38,851 nt of DNA from a virus (lineage: Duplodnaviria > Caudoviricetes). The position numbers and the translations under genes are program-made. The notes under the pieces are model-generated. The model did not search any database and was not told the DNA's origin. It saw nothing but the letters and a program-made list of their open reading frames with translations. Position 1 is the stretch's first letter. Each line of letters starts with the position of its first letter. This document shows positions 16,554-26,285 of this stretch, one piece after another. Location of the stretch: positions 1 to 38,851 of the IMG/VR virus record IMGVR_UViG_3300009678_000037. One strand, written 5' to 3'.

Positions 16554-16953
16554 GGATGAAAATGACGTGCGGAATCACATTGTCCATGAGGCAGAGGCCG
16601 ACCATTGGCATGTGTCGCATATCGAAAGCGGTACAACGAGCCCCGGCATCCCGGACCTAGCCCTATCAAAGAACGACGTTACCCTTTGGCTGGAAATCAA
16701 GGTAATGAAGAACGGCGAAGTCAGTATGAGGCCGCCCCAAAGGCGTTGGCATAGGAAGCAGGCCGCCGCTGGGGGCCGCTCTTTCGTGCTGGCCTACATC
16801 AATAACAGGCTGCATCCCATCAAGGGCTCGACCGCCGCCCAGCTGATACCGAAAAGCGTTACATGGTGGGCCGGCGATGGCTGGGAGATAGGGAGGGTGA
16901 AGGATCTTCTCCGGAACCTGGCCCTTGGCCGGGCCCCCCTTATAGATCAATGA
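16525..16953 (+). CDS. PD-(D/E)xK nuclease (VRR-NUC / Holliday junction resolvase-like); start may be 16540
   Basis: GIPDL...WLEIK...RPPQRRW. Confidence 0.85.
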   Translation: MKTLPMKKIEDENDVRNHIVHEAEADHWHVSHIESGTTSPGIPDLALSKNDVTLWLEIKVMKNGEVSMRPPQRRWHRKQAAAGGRSFVLAYINNRLHPIKGSTAAQLIPKSVTWWAGDGWEIGRVKDLLRNLALGRAPLIDQ

Positions 16954-17059
16954 CTTGGAATCCCGTCACGTTGAAATCTGGGAGGCATCGAGTACCATAG
17001 TGCTGTACTTTTCACGGAGGCGGCCGTATCCGCCGCGATCACAACCGGAGTACCGTAGC

Positions 17060-17596
17060 ATGAACACCAAGCAAATCAGCCTGACCGCAGCCGTCTTGAT
17101 CCTGAGTGCGGCGGCCCTGCATTCCTACAACGTGCGGAGCGCGGACACCGTACCGCCCAACGTAGCGAAGAACATCCGGGTACAGGCAGCCCCCGGAGCG
17201 TGCCAGCCACTCACCATCATTGACCAGCCCAAGCTGGCCCTTCGTGCGAACGGACTTGCACTGGTGAATATCAGCCTGACCAGCAATGCGTTTGCAGCGT
17301 GCGCGCCACTGGTGGACGTGTCGGGCAACGGCACCACGGAAGTAGGGCTCTACATCGGCAACAATGATGGTGGCCTTGTTGCCACTACAACGACCTGCGT
17401 GATGACGTACAACACGGCAGGGCTGGGCCCCAAGACGATCACGAAGCAGGTCACGGTACAGCCCGGCCTGATTGGCAAGATCGCATGGCCTACCGCAGAC
17501 TTCATTGCCTTTGGCGGGCCGGTATCAATCATCTGCAACCTGCACCCGCGAGGCGCAATGCTGCGGGTATACACCATCAGCCAGCAATCAAGCTGA
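17060..17596 (+). CDS. Secreted beta-rich protein with signal peptide (178 aa), moron-like
   Basis: GGAG RBS; MNTKQISLTAAVLILSAAAL signal peptide; four Cys. Confidence 0.75.
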   Translation: MNTKQISLTAAVLILSAAALHSYNVRSADTVPPNVAKNIRVQAAPGACQPLTIIDQPKLALRANGLALVNISLTSNAFAACAPLVDVSGNGTTEVGLYIGNNDGGLVATTTTCVMTYNTAGLGPKTITKQVTVQPGLIGKIAWPTADFIAFGGPVSIICNLHPRGAMLRVYTISQQSS

Positions 17597-17603
17597 TAAA
17601 GGA

Positions 17604-17630
17604 AGGCCCCCGAAAGGGGGCCTCTCTTTT
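17604..17630. terminator. Intrinsic terminator between the convergent arms
   Basis: AGGCCCCC-GAAA-GGGGGCCT followed by CTCTTTT; purine/A tract on the other side. Confidence 0.85.
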
Positions 17631-17886
17631 ACGTGCGACCCATATTTCGGAGCCGGGCTTGTGCCTGTTCCAGAGTCATATCGTATGGGATACCATCCCA
17701 GCGCCCAGACTCCACCATGATTTGCGCGGTTGCCGCCTGTGCCAATTCAATGATGAGCGGACCCGGCGTGTAATTACCGCTGGCAATCAGGGCCGCAACC
17801 ATGTGGACTAACGTAACATCCTGATAGGATGCGTTTTCCCATGCGTCCGGCGCGGCTTTCAGGTCCGGCGGTTTGGGGATAATCAT
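17629..17886 (-). CDS. Hypothetical protein (85 aa), last late gene
   Basis: AAGGAG RBS; ATGA overlap with the fibre gene. Confidence 0.75.
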   Translation of the reverse strand: MIIPKPPDLKAAPDAWENASYQDVTLVHMVAALIASGNYTPGPLIIELAQAATAQIMVESGRWDGIPYDMTLEQAQARLRNMGRT

Positions 17887-19895
17887 AGCTCCTTCCCCTG
17901 CACTAGCCCGGCCAGCATGAACATGATAAGCGGCTCCAAACGGAAGCTGTAGCAGTCGCCCGCAGGGATGATCCTTTCCGGAACAAGTTCCTTCATCTCA
18001 TACTGGGCCGGCTCAACCTCGACTTCTGCAAAGACGGGCTCGCTGACTTGGCGAATACCCATTACCGCATCTTTAATAAGCACTTGAGTAGTGATTGCAG
18101 GGGAGATTTCCACCCGCACAAACCCAGACTCCCGGACCACGTTATCATCATCGTCCATGACCGCCGACACTGGGAAGTCTTCAAAGACCGCAGGCCGCAG
18201 GATATCGGTATGGTATACCGCCGGCTCAATCTCATAGGAATCATGCTGAGCCGGCACGACTTCACGGGTTTCGTATACAGGCTTTTTCACCATGATTTCA
18301 TCCATGACGGCGGGTTCGGTTCGCTCATCCCACTTGTCATAGCAGATGAAGGAATAGCGCATGGGATCAAGGCCGAATTTCTCCATGATTTCGATTGCGC
18401 GTTGCACGGTCATGCCAATATGCAAGCGAGCATTCTCTACGCCCTTCTCTTTAACAGCCTCTAGCCATTGGAAGGAACCGATTTCCTGCGCCAAAGCTCG
18501 ACCGCAAGCAAATTCGGCTTCGGACAGCTTGCTAACGGGGGTCTTCTTCCTCGCATCTGACGTGTTGATCGTGGACTGGGTTCCATAGTACTGGCGAACC
18601 CGCAAAGCACCTGTGCCAATGTCGTAAGTGTCAGTAACGCCCGGCTCCCAATGCCCGGCTGAGCGAAGCCGCCAACGGGTGGCCATCGTATTGGAATTAT
18701 CAAGTTTGCAGAGGAAAATCATACCTCCGCCACGATTGCCGACTGTGGTACCATCAAGTGTGAAGTTGATTCCTGAGGTACGCTTCTCAGTGGGAATGGT
18801 CAATGCGGCTTCCGTGCGGCCCCAGACACCTGCAATTTGCGCACCGTCAGCATCAGCAACCGTACTTTCAAGGAAGGCATCTCCACGGACACCACCTGAT
18901 TGCATACCATGAATCATCACTTGTGGCGAAGTGTTGATACCAAGCCGGCCCCCAGAAGTTACGTGCAACCGATCAATACCCAGACCTTCATCCCTTAGGG
19001 TCCAGTCGGCCGCGTTGTTGCCGATCGTGTATTGCTTGTTGGACGTGCCCGTGAATCCCATGCGGGCATCCACCGGGTCTTCTATCCGGAGTTGACCAAC
19101 TGTTGCACCGCCCTGCGAGCCAATAAACACAGGAAGCGCGGAGAACAGTCCAGCGGTATCAATTCGCACTTCGCCTGTGATGCTGGAACGACCATCCGGC
19201 CGGAGTCGAAGAGTACCAGCAGGGCCAACGCTATAAACGCCAACGTCGCCGGTTCCATAGTTAGCTAATCCGCCACTAACTACGCCGCCGTTGCCAACAT
19301 TGACATTTGCGGTATTCTTGTTGACGAACAAATCACCGGTCAGCGTGCCGCCGGTCAGCGGCAGGTATTCACCGGTGCCATTGACAAGGGAGAAAACGGA
19401 GCCAGTCCATGTCAGGATATAGGGGACATTGATGGTCAAGCCGTTTGCAGGAATAGCAGCACCCAGAGCGTTCTGGATTGCAGCCACCGTGCCACCATTG
19501 ACGGACAGGGTAGGATTGGCACCGTGTCCGACGCCAAGGGTAAGCAGGAACATTTGGCCCACGGTATACGTGTTATCGCCACCGACCAAGATACCCGTAA
19601 TGGCTGAGCCAATGACGTTGATGCTAGTGAGCCGGTAGTGGGAACCGTCCTGCACAAACCCCATTGAAGCGTATTGGTCGCGCGCTGTGGGATTGCCCAC
19701 GCCCGTATGACGGAATCCGCCCATCGGCAGATTGCCAGTTGGGACAGTCTGACCATCCTTCGCAAGCGAGTTGGTCAAAGCCGTGGCGATATCGCCCAGC
19801 GTTGTGTTAGCCCAGCTGGAAGTAATCAGCGACCCGTTTACGACCGGGTTGATACCGCCGGGAAGAGTATAGGTTCCGCTACCGGTACGAGGCAT
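17883..19895 (-). CDS. Tail fibre with C-terminal S74 intramolecular chaperone
   Basis: MPRTGSGTY anchor; YLPLTGGTLTG; TSDARKK cleavage motif; HIGMTVQ, YSFICYDKW. Confidence 0.9.
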   Translation of the reverse strand: MPRTGSGTYTLPGGINPVVNGSLITSSWANTTLGDIATALTNSLAKDGQTVPTGNLPMGGFRHTGVGNPTARDQYASMGFVQDGSHYRLTSINVIGSAITGILVGGDNTYTVGQMFLLTLGVGHGANPTLSVNGGTVAAIQNALGAAIPANGLTINVPYILTWTGSVFSLVNGTGEYLPLTGGTLTGDLFVNKNTANVNVGNGGVVSGGLANYGTGDVGVYSVGPAGTLRLRPDGRSSITGEVRIDTAGLFSALPVFIGSQGGATVGQLRIEDPVDARMGFTGTSNKQYTIGNNAADWTLRDEGLGIDRLHVTSGGRLGINTSPQVMIHGMQSGGVRGDAFLESTVADADGAQIAGVWGRTEAALTIPTEKRTSGINFTLDGTTVGNRGGGMIFLCKLDNSNTMATRWRLRSAGHWEPGVTDTYDIGTGALRVRQYYGTQSTINTSDARKKTPVSKLSEAEFACGRALAQEIGSFQWLEAVKEKGVENARLHIGMTVQRAIEIMEKFGLDPMRYSFICYDKWDERTEPAVMDEIMVKKPVYETREVVPAQHDSYEIEPAVYHTDILRPAVFEDFPVSAVMDDDDNVVRESGFVRVEISPAITTQVLIKDAVMGIRQVSEPVFAEVEVEPAQYEMKELVPERIIPAGDCYSFRLEPLIMFMLAGLVQGKEL

Positions 19896-19896
19896 G

Positions 19897-21363
19897 TTAT
19901 TCTCCCTGATACTCTTCGCCATTCGGGTAAAGGTCATAGGCTACATTACGAAGTAGCTGACGCCTAAGGACTGCCGGCATACCTTTGGTGTAGTCCATCA
20001 TGTTTTGCATTGCAGCTTGTCCCCTTCCCGGAACCGGAAGTGGCACTTGCACCGGGGCCGGAGTAACAGGGGGCTTCTTGACCCCACGCCTAGCGGAAGC
20101 AGAAACGCCAGAACCATACTCGCTATAAGCTGTACGGAGGGCAGCGGCCCGACGCTTGGGCAAAGTTTCAAGCATCCCCTGTGCCACTTCACGCTCAGCT
20201 TTATGCAGGGCAGAAGCCGACTGGCGAGAGGCACTAGCAGCCCGAGCCGCACTCCCCAAATCGCTCTTTAATTGCGCAACCGCTTGATAGGGCACGCGCA
20301 CGTTGACCATTCCCGGAACGTTGACCTGCCTAGCAGCCCTGTGGAAAGACTCAGGAAGTTCCTCGCCATAGTGACGGCTCAAACTGGCCATCCTTTTAGC
20401 GAAGTCCTGCGATACCGGCATCGTGCCAGACAGCCGGCCCGTTTGATTCTCGATTACCTGCGCGGCCCTTTGGCGCGTTGCCGCTGCCATTTCCTTAGCC
20501 GCTAGATTGGCCGCCTTTTCCTCTGCCTTCTGGCGAAGTGCGGCGGCTTTGAATTGGCGGTTGGCTTCCTGATTGGCTAGGCTAGCCTTTTGGGCGGCTT
20601 CTTTGGCCGCTCTGCCCGCTGCCCTATCACTCATTTCCAGCATTTGTCTGGAACCTGCTCCCACTAAAGGAAGGCGGGCAACGCCCCGATTAAGGGCCGC
20701 CGCCGCTGGCTTTACATAGGGCAACGCAGCGCCAATCGTGCCACCTATGGCTGCGTTTGTTCCGTGGCTTTCTCCCTCGACCGTAGGCTGTAGGGCACCC
20801 TGCACCGCGCCTAGTCCTGCCTCACTGGCAGCTAGCGCAGCCCGGCCACCCCTCGCCACCGCAGGGATTTTAGCTAGCTTGCTGGCAGGGAGCAAAGCCA
20901 TACCGGCTTCGGTCCCATAATAGCCGACCTTGCCGCCCCCCGTACTCATCAAAGGATCATCCAGCGCGCGTTGCTGTTCCTCTTCCTTTTGCAGCCGGGC
21001 GTATTCCTCTTCATCCCCGGTGGCGTAGTTCCAAAGCTGGCGAACCCCTCCACCCATCTTATCGAAGGCGCGGCCGGTGCCCTGTAGCACGTTCTGACCA
21101 AAGCTCTGCCCTTTGGTGGGGCTATACTGTTCGTTTGATTCCTCTACTGCGGCTTGTCTGCGCCGCTCAAACTCTTCCGGATCACGCTCCCATGAGGGCA
21201 CATAGGGCTCCGCCTTAGGGGCCAGAACCGTACCCTCTCCTACCGGCTGTTGCGGAGCCGCTTCCTGAGCCTGAATCAACCGGGTAATAGCGGCCGTGGC
21301 CTCTGTGTCTCCGGCCGCATCGGCGTCACGTAAAGCCTGCATTAGCTCCGCACGGGTAGCCAT
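19897..21363 (-). CDS. Putative internal virion/ejection protein (488 aa)
   Basis: Position; Ala/Gly-rich helical segments. Confidence 0.7.
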   Translation of the reverse strand: MATRAELMQALRDADAAGDTEATAAITRLIQAQEAAPQQPVGEGTVLAPKAEPYVPSWERDPEEFERRRQAAVEESNEQYSPTKGQSFGQNVLQGTGRAFDKMGGGVRQLWNYATGDEEEYARLQKEEEQQRALDDPLMSTGGGKVGYYGTEAGMALLPASKLAKIPAVARGGRAALAASEAGLGAVQGALQPTVEGESHGTNAAIGGTIGAALPYVKPAAAALNRGVARLPLVGAGSRQMLEMSDRAAGRAAKEAAQKASLANQEANRQFKAAALRQKAEEKAANLAAKEMAAATRQRAAQVIENQTGRLSGTMPVSQDFAKRMASLSRHYGEELPESFHRAARQVNVPGMVNVRVPYQAVAQLKSDLGSAARAASASRQSASALHKAEREVAQGMLETLPKRRAAALRTAYSEYGSGVSASARRGVKKPPVTPAPVQVPLPVPGRGQAAMQNMMDYTKGMPAVLRRQLLRNVAYDLYPNGEEYQGE

Positions 21364-21366
21364 GAC

Positions 21367-23217
21367 TTATTTCCTCAAATACTTGGCAGCTAACTCATCA
21401 TCCGTTAACGGCTTTGCAGCCCCGCCGCCTTGCTGTGCGCCATCCTGTGCTTCCGCCACACTTGCCAGCCGTGTTTCAATGGCCTTCATGGTTGCTTCAA
21501 ACTCAGTGATGGCTTGTCGCATGGCCGGCGCAGACCTAGCGTTGGAAATGTTGATGAGGGAGTCCCGAATACTCTGGCCCTCTACGTTGGAAATAGAGCC
21601 TGCGCCCTGTCCTACCAGCGACTGGAAGCCCTGCATGAAAGCACCGCCCCGAATCTGCTCTAAATCTTGTAACAGGTCCGAGCCCTTCGGATCATAGGCC
21701 GCATATCCGGCGCGTAGCCCACGACCAATAAGGCCGCCGGCTTCTTCCCTATCAGGGATAAAGCTACCTGCTCCGCCCGCCGTTACCTTGCCCAGATGAG
21801 GGCTAGTAACTACGCGTTGCATGGCTGCCTTAACACCCGGCAAGCTATCCCGAATCTTTCCAAGAGCCGATTTGGCCTTTGCCTTTTGCTCAACATCCGT
21901 CTTTCCAGCTTCTATATCAACGGCCTGTTGAACTGCAATCGGAGCCTCTAGGGCCGCGTTTTCTGCGTCCGAACGCTGGGCACCCGGTCCCGCTCCTGCG
22001 GGCCTGCTCAGAGTAGGCGTCGAAGGAACCCCAGTAGCTTGCACTTCCTCAGGCGTCATATCCGTACCGTCCGCCCTAGAGGCTTGTGCCCCTGCCGGCG
22101 GACCATACGACACTTTACGCATACCACCCACTGGATCGGCAAGATACCACTGTTTTTCATACTCGTCATAGACCCACTTGACATTCTTTGAACGTGCCTT
22201 GAATGGGAGTTTCTTTGTCGTCCCATCCGTGTACTGTTGATGGAGGTTTCCTTCATTGTCTTCCGTGACTGTGAGAAGACGATTCTTGTCGTCGCCAGTT
22301 ATGCCCTTTAGGGCATCCTTATATTCGTCGCCACCGATCATGCCCAGATAGGTTTTCAATGTGGCTTCCGTAGGCATCACACGGCCGCCCCCGTCACCCG
22401 CTGTGGGAGCGGGCTGCTGCGATTCCATCCCTAAAGCCTGAGCCATTTGGGGCTCGACTTGGGGTGCGCCTGCGGACGGGTCAGCCGAGTCCGGGAAAGG
22501 GCTAGTGCTTACAGGACCGGCCTGCCCTCCCGGAGTCTGTTGGGCTTTCGCTACCGCCCTCGCTACGTAATCATCAATGACTTCCTGTGGCATCTCCATT
22601 GCCGTCATAGAAGCGATGGTCTTTTGTAGCTCTGCCTTTTGCTCCGGATTCATCCCTTCCAGTCCGCTCAAATCTGGACCGCCACCGGTCCCACCAGCCG
22701 GAGGTGCGCCGGGGGCCGGGGCTGCGCCGGGCGGCTGCATACCCTGAGGTGCGCCGGCCGGGGGTGCGCCTGTAGCGGGTGCGCCCATTGCATTCGGCAG
22801 TCCCAAAGTGCCGGACATTTCGGCCGCTACATCGGGCGGCTGGGCACCGGGCTGTGGGGCTCCACCACCGGGCATTCCACCGCCCAGCTGTTGGACGCCA
22901 GCAAGGATATTCTCTCCCTGCCACTTCCCTAGTTCCTCTTCTGCCGCGTCCGCTTTTCCCTGTCCCATAGCCGCACTAATGCCGCCAATCCCCTTCATCA
23001 CCTGTCCATAAGTATTGGGAATATACCTGCCTTGAATGGCATACAGCGAACCCATACTGCCCTTAGTCACTTCGCCCAAGGGCTCATCCTTGTCGCGCAT
23101 GGCTTCATATTCTCCCTGCCGTTTGCGCAACCTTTTAGCCTTTAATGCCCGCTTCTGATATTCGGGCAGATTCGCTACGATCTGCTCGTAATCTTGGGGC
23201 TGGAAAGTATATGCCAT
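21367..23217 (-). CDS. Putative internal virion/ejection protein (616 aa)
   Basis: Position; P/A/G low-complexity linker; GQGAGSISNVEG motif typical of DNA-transfer proteins. Confidence 0.7.
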   Translation of the reverse strand: MAYTFQPQDYEQIVANLPEYQKRALKAKRLRKRQGEYEAMRDKDEPLGEVTKGSMGSLYAIQGRYIPNTYGQVMKGIGGISAAMGQGKADAAEEELGKWQGENILAGVQQLGGGMPGGGAPQPGAQPPDVAAEMSGTLGLPNAMGAPATGAPPAGAPQGMQPPGAAPAPGAPPAGGTGGGPDLSGLEGMNPEQKAELQKTIASMTAMEMPQEVIDDYVARAVAKAQQTPGGQAGPVSTSPFPDSADPSAGAPQVEPQMAQALGMESQQPAPTAGDGGGRVMPTEATLKTYLGMIGGDEYKDALKGITGDDKNRLLTVTEDNEGNLHQQYTDGTTKKLPFKARSKNVKWVYDEYEKQWYLADPVGGMRKVSYGPPAGAQASRADGTDMTPEEVQATGVPSTPTLSRPAGAGPGAQRSDAENAALEAPIAVQQAVDIEAGKTDVEQKAKAKSALGKIRDSLPGVKAAMQRVVTSPHLGKVTAGGAGSFIPDREEAGGLIGRGLRAGYAAYDPKGSDLLQDLEQIRGGAFMQGFQSLVGQGAGSISNVEGQSIRDSLINISNARSAPAMRQAITEFEATMKAIETRLASVAEAQDGAQQGGGAAKPLTDDELAAKYLRK

Positions 23218-23229
23218 TTTCCTTCTCCC

Positions 23230-24234
23230 TTAGGCCGGCTGCGTGCCGGGCGGACGTGGTTGCACCGTCGGGATCGGCGGCCTACCTCCACCACCGGGCG
23301 GCCTACCCGGCATACCACCGGGGAACGGATAGTAACCGCCCGGATTATAGCCGGGGGGAATACCGTAAGGATTCGGCGTGACGTAGCTACTGCCCTGCGG
23401 AGGCGTATAGCCACCCTGCGGAGGCGTATAGCCGCTGTTAGAAGTCGGACCCGGCATGGGCGGAAGCATGGGCGGACGACCTTGCGGGGCCCCACCAAAG
23501 GATTGAGCGAATAGCCGGCCACCGCTACGGTCCATTTGCGGGGGATTCGGGCCACCGGTTTGCCGTGGAACTTGTGAGGGAGGAAGACCACCGCCAGTTT
23601 GGGGAGAACTTGCCGCCGTCATCATCATCTTATTGCCGGGCTGCGGGACACCTTGCGGCGGAAGACCGCCACCGGTCATCATCGGGGGCCTACCACCGCC
23701 CATCGGAGGCAATCCACCACCGGTCATTAGGCCGCCGCCTTGCTGCGGGGGAAGCCCGCCACCGGTTCCACGGTTGGCAGCCAAGTCCTGCCGGAGGGCT
23801 GGATTCGATCCGTTATATTGACCGGCAGGACCCATCGGATTGCCTGTCATGGGATTCATTACCATGCCGCCGCCTTGCTGCGGGGGAAGCCCGCCACCGG
23901 TTCCCCGCATGGTAGCCAAGTCACGCCGGAGGGCTGGATTCGATCCGTTATATTGACCGGCAGGACCCATCGGATTGCCTGTCATGGGATTCATTACCAT
24001 GCCGCCGCCACCACCGCCCATTGCTGGATCAACGGCCATTTGTGGAGCGCCTGTCATTTGACCGGGCTGCGGAGGCATCATGGGGTTGCCGCCCCCGAAT
24101 CGCGGAGGACGCTGCATTAGGCCACCGCCACCGGGAGGCTCATTGGCAGCCATTGAAAGAGGACCGCCACCGCCCGTCATTGAGGGCCGGCGGAGCGCAT
24201 AGGAGCGGGCCATTGAAGGGTTAAAGGTGGGCAT
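23230..24234 (-). CDS. Gly/Pro/Met/Gln low-complexity protein (334 aa)
   Basis: AGGAG RBS before ATG 24234; fills the gap in the late operon. Confidence 0.75.
   Translation of the reverse strand: MPTFNPSMARSYALRRPSMTGGGGPLSMAANEPPGGGGLMQRPPRFGGGNPMMPPQPGQMTGAPQMAVDPAMGGGGGGMVMNPMTGNPMGPAGQYNGSNPALRRDLATMRGTGGGLPPQQGGGMVMNPMTGNPMGPAGQYNGSNPALRQDLAANRGTGGGLPPQQGGGLMTGGGLPPMGGGRPPMMTGGGLPPQGVPQPGNKMMMTAASSPQTGGGLPPSQVPRQTGGPNPPQMDRSGGRLFAQSFGGAPQGRPPMLPPMPGPTSNSGYTPPQGGYTPPQGSSYVTPNPYGIPPGYNPGGYYPFPGGMPGRPPGGGGRPPIPTVQPRPPGTQPA
23731..24009. repeat. 135-bp tandem duplication (45 aa x2)
   Basis: GGGMVMNPMTGNPMGPAGQYNGSNPALR..GTGGGLPPQQ occurs twice. Confidence 0.9.
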
Positions 24235-26275
24235 TTTCGTTTCTCCTAGCAAGGTGCCTGAACGCGCCCAGAAGCAGGGCGGTAAATGCTTCATAATCCA
24301 CCATCAAATAGCCTTGCTCAGCACGGCTAACAAGATGCGGGAACTCTTTCTCGACTTCCTGTGCAACCAACCCCGCCGCGCGCTTGCCTGACGGCCATAC
24401 GAACGAATGCGGGAAAATGCGCTGCATTGCATTGTAGGCGTCTTCATCCGAAATAACTTCGATTTCATCCTTAAGGTCCGCATCAGAGAATGCGCTACCG
24501 ACTGCACCGCCAATTGCCGCACCGCCCGCAGGACCGACCGGAGTAAAGGCACCAATGATGCCACCGGCTACAGCGCCATAGGTCGAATTACGAGCCTGCC
24601 TAGCCGCTGCTGCATCATTGGCTCGCTGCACCTGCGCTGCATACGATTGCTGCGCTGCATCCATCATGTTTGCAGCCGTGCCCTGACCTGCTGCTGTGTA
24701 GTTCTGGAACGACGGACGAATTTCGTTCACGCCCGGACCCTGTGCGCCGGCAATCATTTGCGACTGACGATCCGCAATCTCATACGGCATCATATATTGC
24801 TGCATCATCTGTTGCCATTGTTGCGCATTGCCAATGCGGTCCTGCTCAGCGCGGGTCTTTTCAGCATCAAATTGTGTCTGATAGTCTTCCCTATTGAACT
24901 GGCCCCTTTCCAATGCTGATTGCAGCATCGTATTGTAATCAGCCCGGCCGGCTTCACCGCGCGCTAATTGCCCCTGTAGCTGTTGGGCATAGTCGGCACG
25001 GCCAGCTTCGCCCCTTGACAGCTGAGTTTGCAGCTGTTGAGCATACTCGCCACGGCCGAACTCGCCACGTTGCAGGGCAGATTGCAGCTGGGTTTGGTAT
25101 TCACCCCGGCCGAACTCGCCGCGCGCCAATGCCGATTGCAGCTGTTGTTGATAGTCGGCACGGCCTTCTCCGCCGCGCGCCTGTTGCCCTTGTAGCTGTT
25201 GAGCGTACTCCGCACGCCGCTCTCCACCACGCGCCATTTGCCCCTGTAGCTGCGTCTGATATGCGCCCTGCGCATACTGGCCTTTTTGCAGAGCCGACTG
25301 CAACGCAGTTTGATAGTTCGATTGATTCATCTGCTGGCGCTGGAGATTACTCTGTAGCTGCGTACCGTAAATGTTCCTTGCTTCTTCACTCCGCGCCCGG
25401 CCTTCCTGACCACCGGCCAACATACCTTGCAGCGTTGCCTGTGCCCGCACGTCACCCTGCGAGGTAAGCAGGTTTTGATAGGCACGATTATAGGCTTCGC
25501 TACCGGGCTGTAGCCCTTGCAGTCGAAGCTGGGTTTCCATAGACTTTTTATCCACTTCCTGCTGTGGAGTTACGCGGGCCAGTGCCGCCTTTGTAAAGGT
25601 ATCCGCAAACTTGTCACTGTTGGGGTCATACTGAGAATTGTAATTCCCCATCTGACCGATAGACTGTTTGAAGTCAGGCTGATTGATCGACATGGGACCT
25701 TGATATTGGCTAACTGCATTAGCCCCCTGTCCCTGTCCCGGATATTGGCTAATTCCCTGCGCGCCCTGTCCCTGATAACCACCAACCCCTAATTGCTGTT
25801 GATTGTACCCGCCTACTCCCAGCTGTTGCTGTTGATAATCCCCGATAGCTCCGGTCTGAGGTTTGAAGTTACCAATGGTGCCAGTCTGCGGATTGAACTG
25901 ACCCATGCCAAGGTCTTGACCTTGATACGTCCCAGAGTTGATGCCTTGATTCTCGTATGTCTGCCCTTGGAACGAATCAGGACGGTTCATCAAGCTGGCA
26001 ACATCCTGCTGCTGCCAACCATATAGATTTTGAGTAGCCTGCTGCCCCTGATATGCTTGGTTCCATAGAGCCTGCATCTGTGGGGACAGGTTTTCGGATT
26101 GAGTCCATGCCCCCGTAGTGGGGTCCTGACTCCAATTCAATGAACCCTGCGCATTGGTCTGCGTCGGCCGGTTTTGGGTAGTCTGCATTTGCAGCATTTG
26201 TTGCTGCTGAAAAGCATCCTGCGCCGCAAGTGCCGAGTAATCGGGTGGGGCCGGTTGTTTCGGGGAACTTCCCAT
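24221..26275 (-). CDS. Pilot/ejection-type protein with Gln/Gly repeats and a C-terminal S74 chaperone domain
   Basis: PPDYSALA N-terminus; 18-aa repeats; FSDADLK...GLVAQEVEKEFPHLV...VDY. Confidence 0.8.
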   Translation of the reverse strand: MGSSPKQPAPPDYSALAAQDAFQQQQMLQMQTTQNRPTQTNAQGSLNWSQDPTTGAWTQSENLSPQMQALWNQAYQGQQATQNLYGWQQQDVASLMNRPDSFQGQTYENQGINSGTYQGQDLGMGQFNPQTGTIGNFKPQTGAIGDYQQQQLGVGGYNQQQLGVGGYQGQGAQGISQYPGQGQGANAVSQYQGPMSINQPDFKQSIGQMGNYNSQYDPNSDKFADTFTKAALARVTPQQEVDKKSMETQLRLQGLQPGSEAYNRAYQNLLTSQGDVRAQATLQGMLAGGQEGRARSEEARNIYGTQLQSNLQRQQMNQSNYQTALQSALQKGQYAQGAYQTQLQGQMARGGERRAEYAQQLQGQQARGGEGRADYQQQLQSALARGEFGRGEYQTQLQSALQRGEFGRGEYAQQLQTQLSRGEAGRADYAQQLQGQLARGEAGRADYNTMLQSALERGQFNREDYQTQFDAEKTRAEQDRIGNAQQWQQMMQQYMMPYEIADRQSQMIAGAQGPGVNEIRPSFQNYTAAGQGTAANMMDAAQQSYAAQVQRANDAAAARQARNSTYGAVAGGIIGAFTPVGPAGGAAIGGAVGSAFSDADLKDEIEVISDEDAYNAMQRIFPHSFVWPSGKRAAGLVAQEVEKEFPHLVSRAEQGYLMVDYEAFTALLLGAFRHLARRNENAHL

Positions 26276-26285
26276 GACCTTTTCC

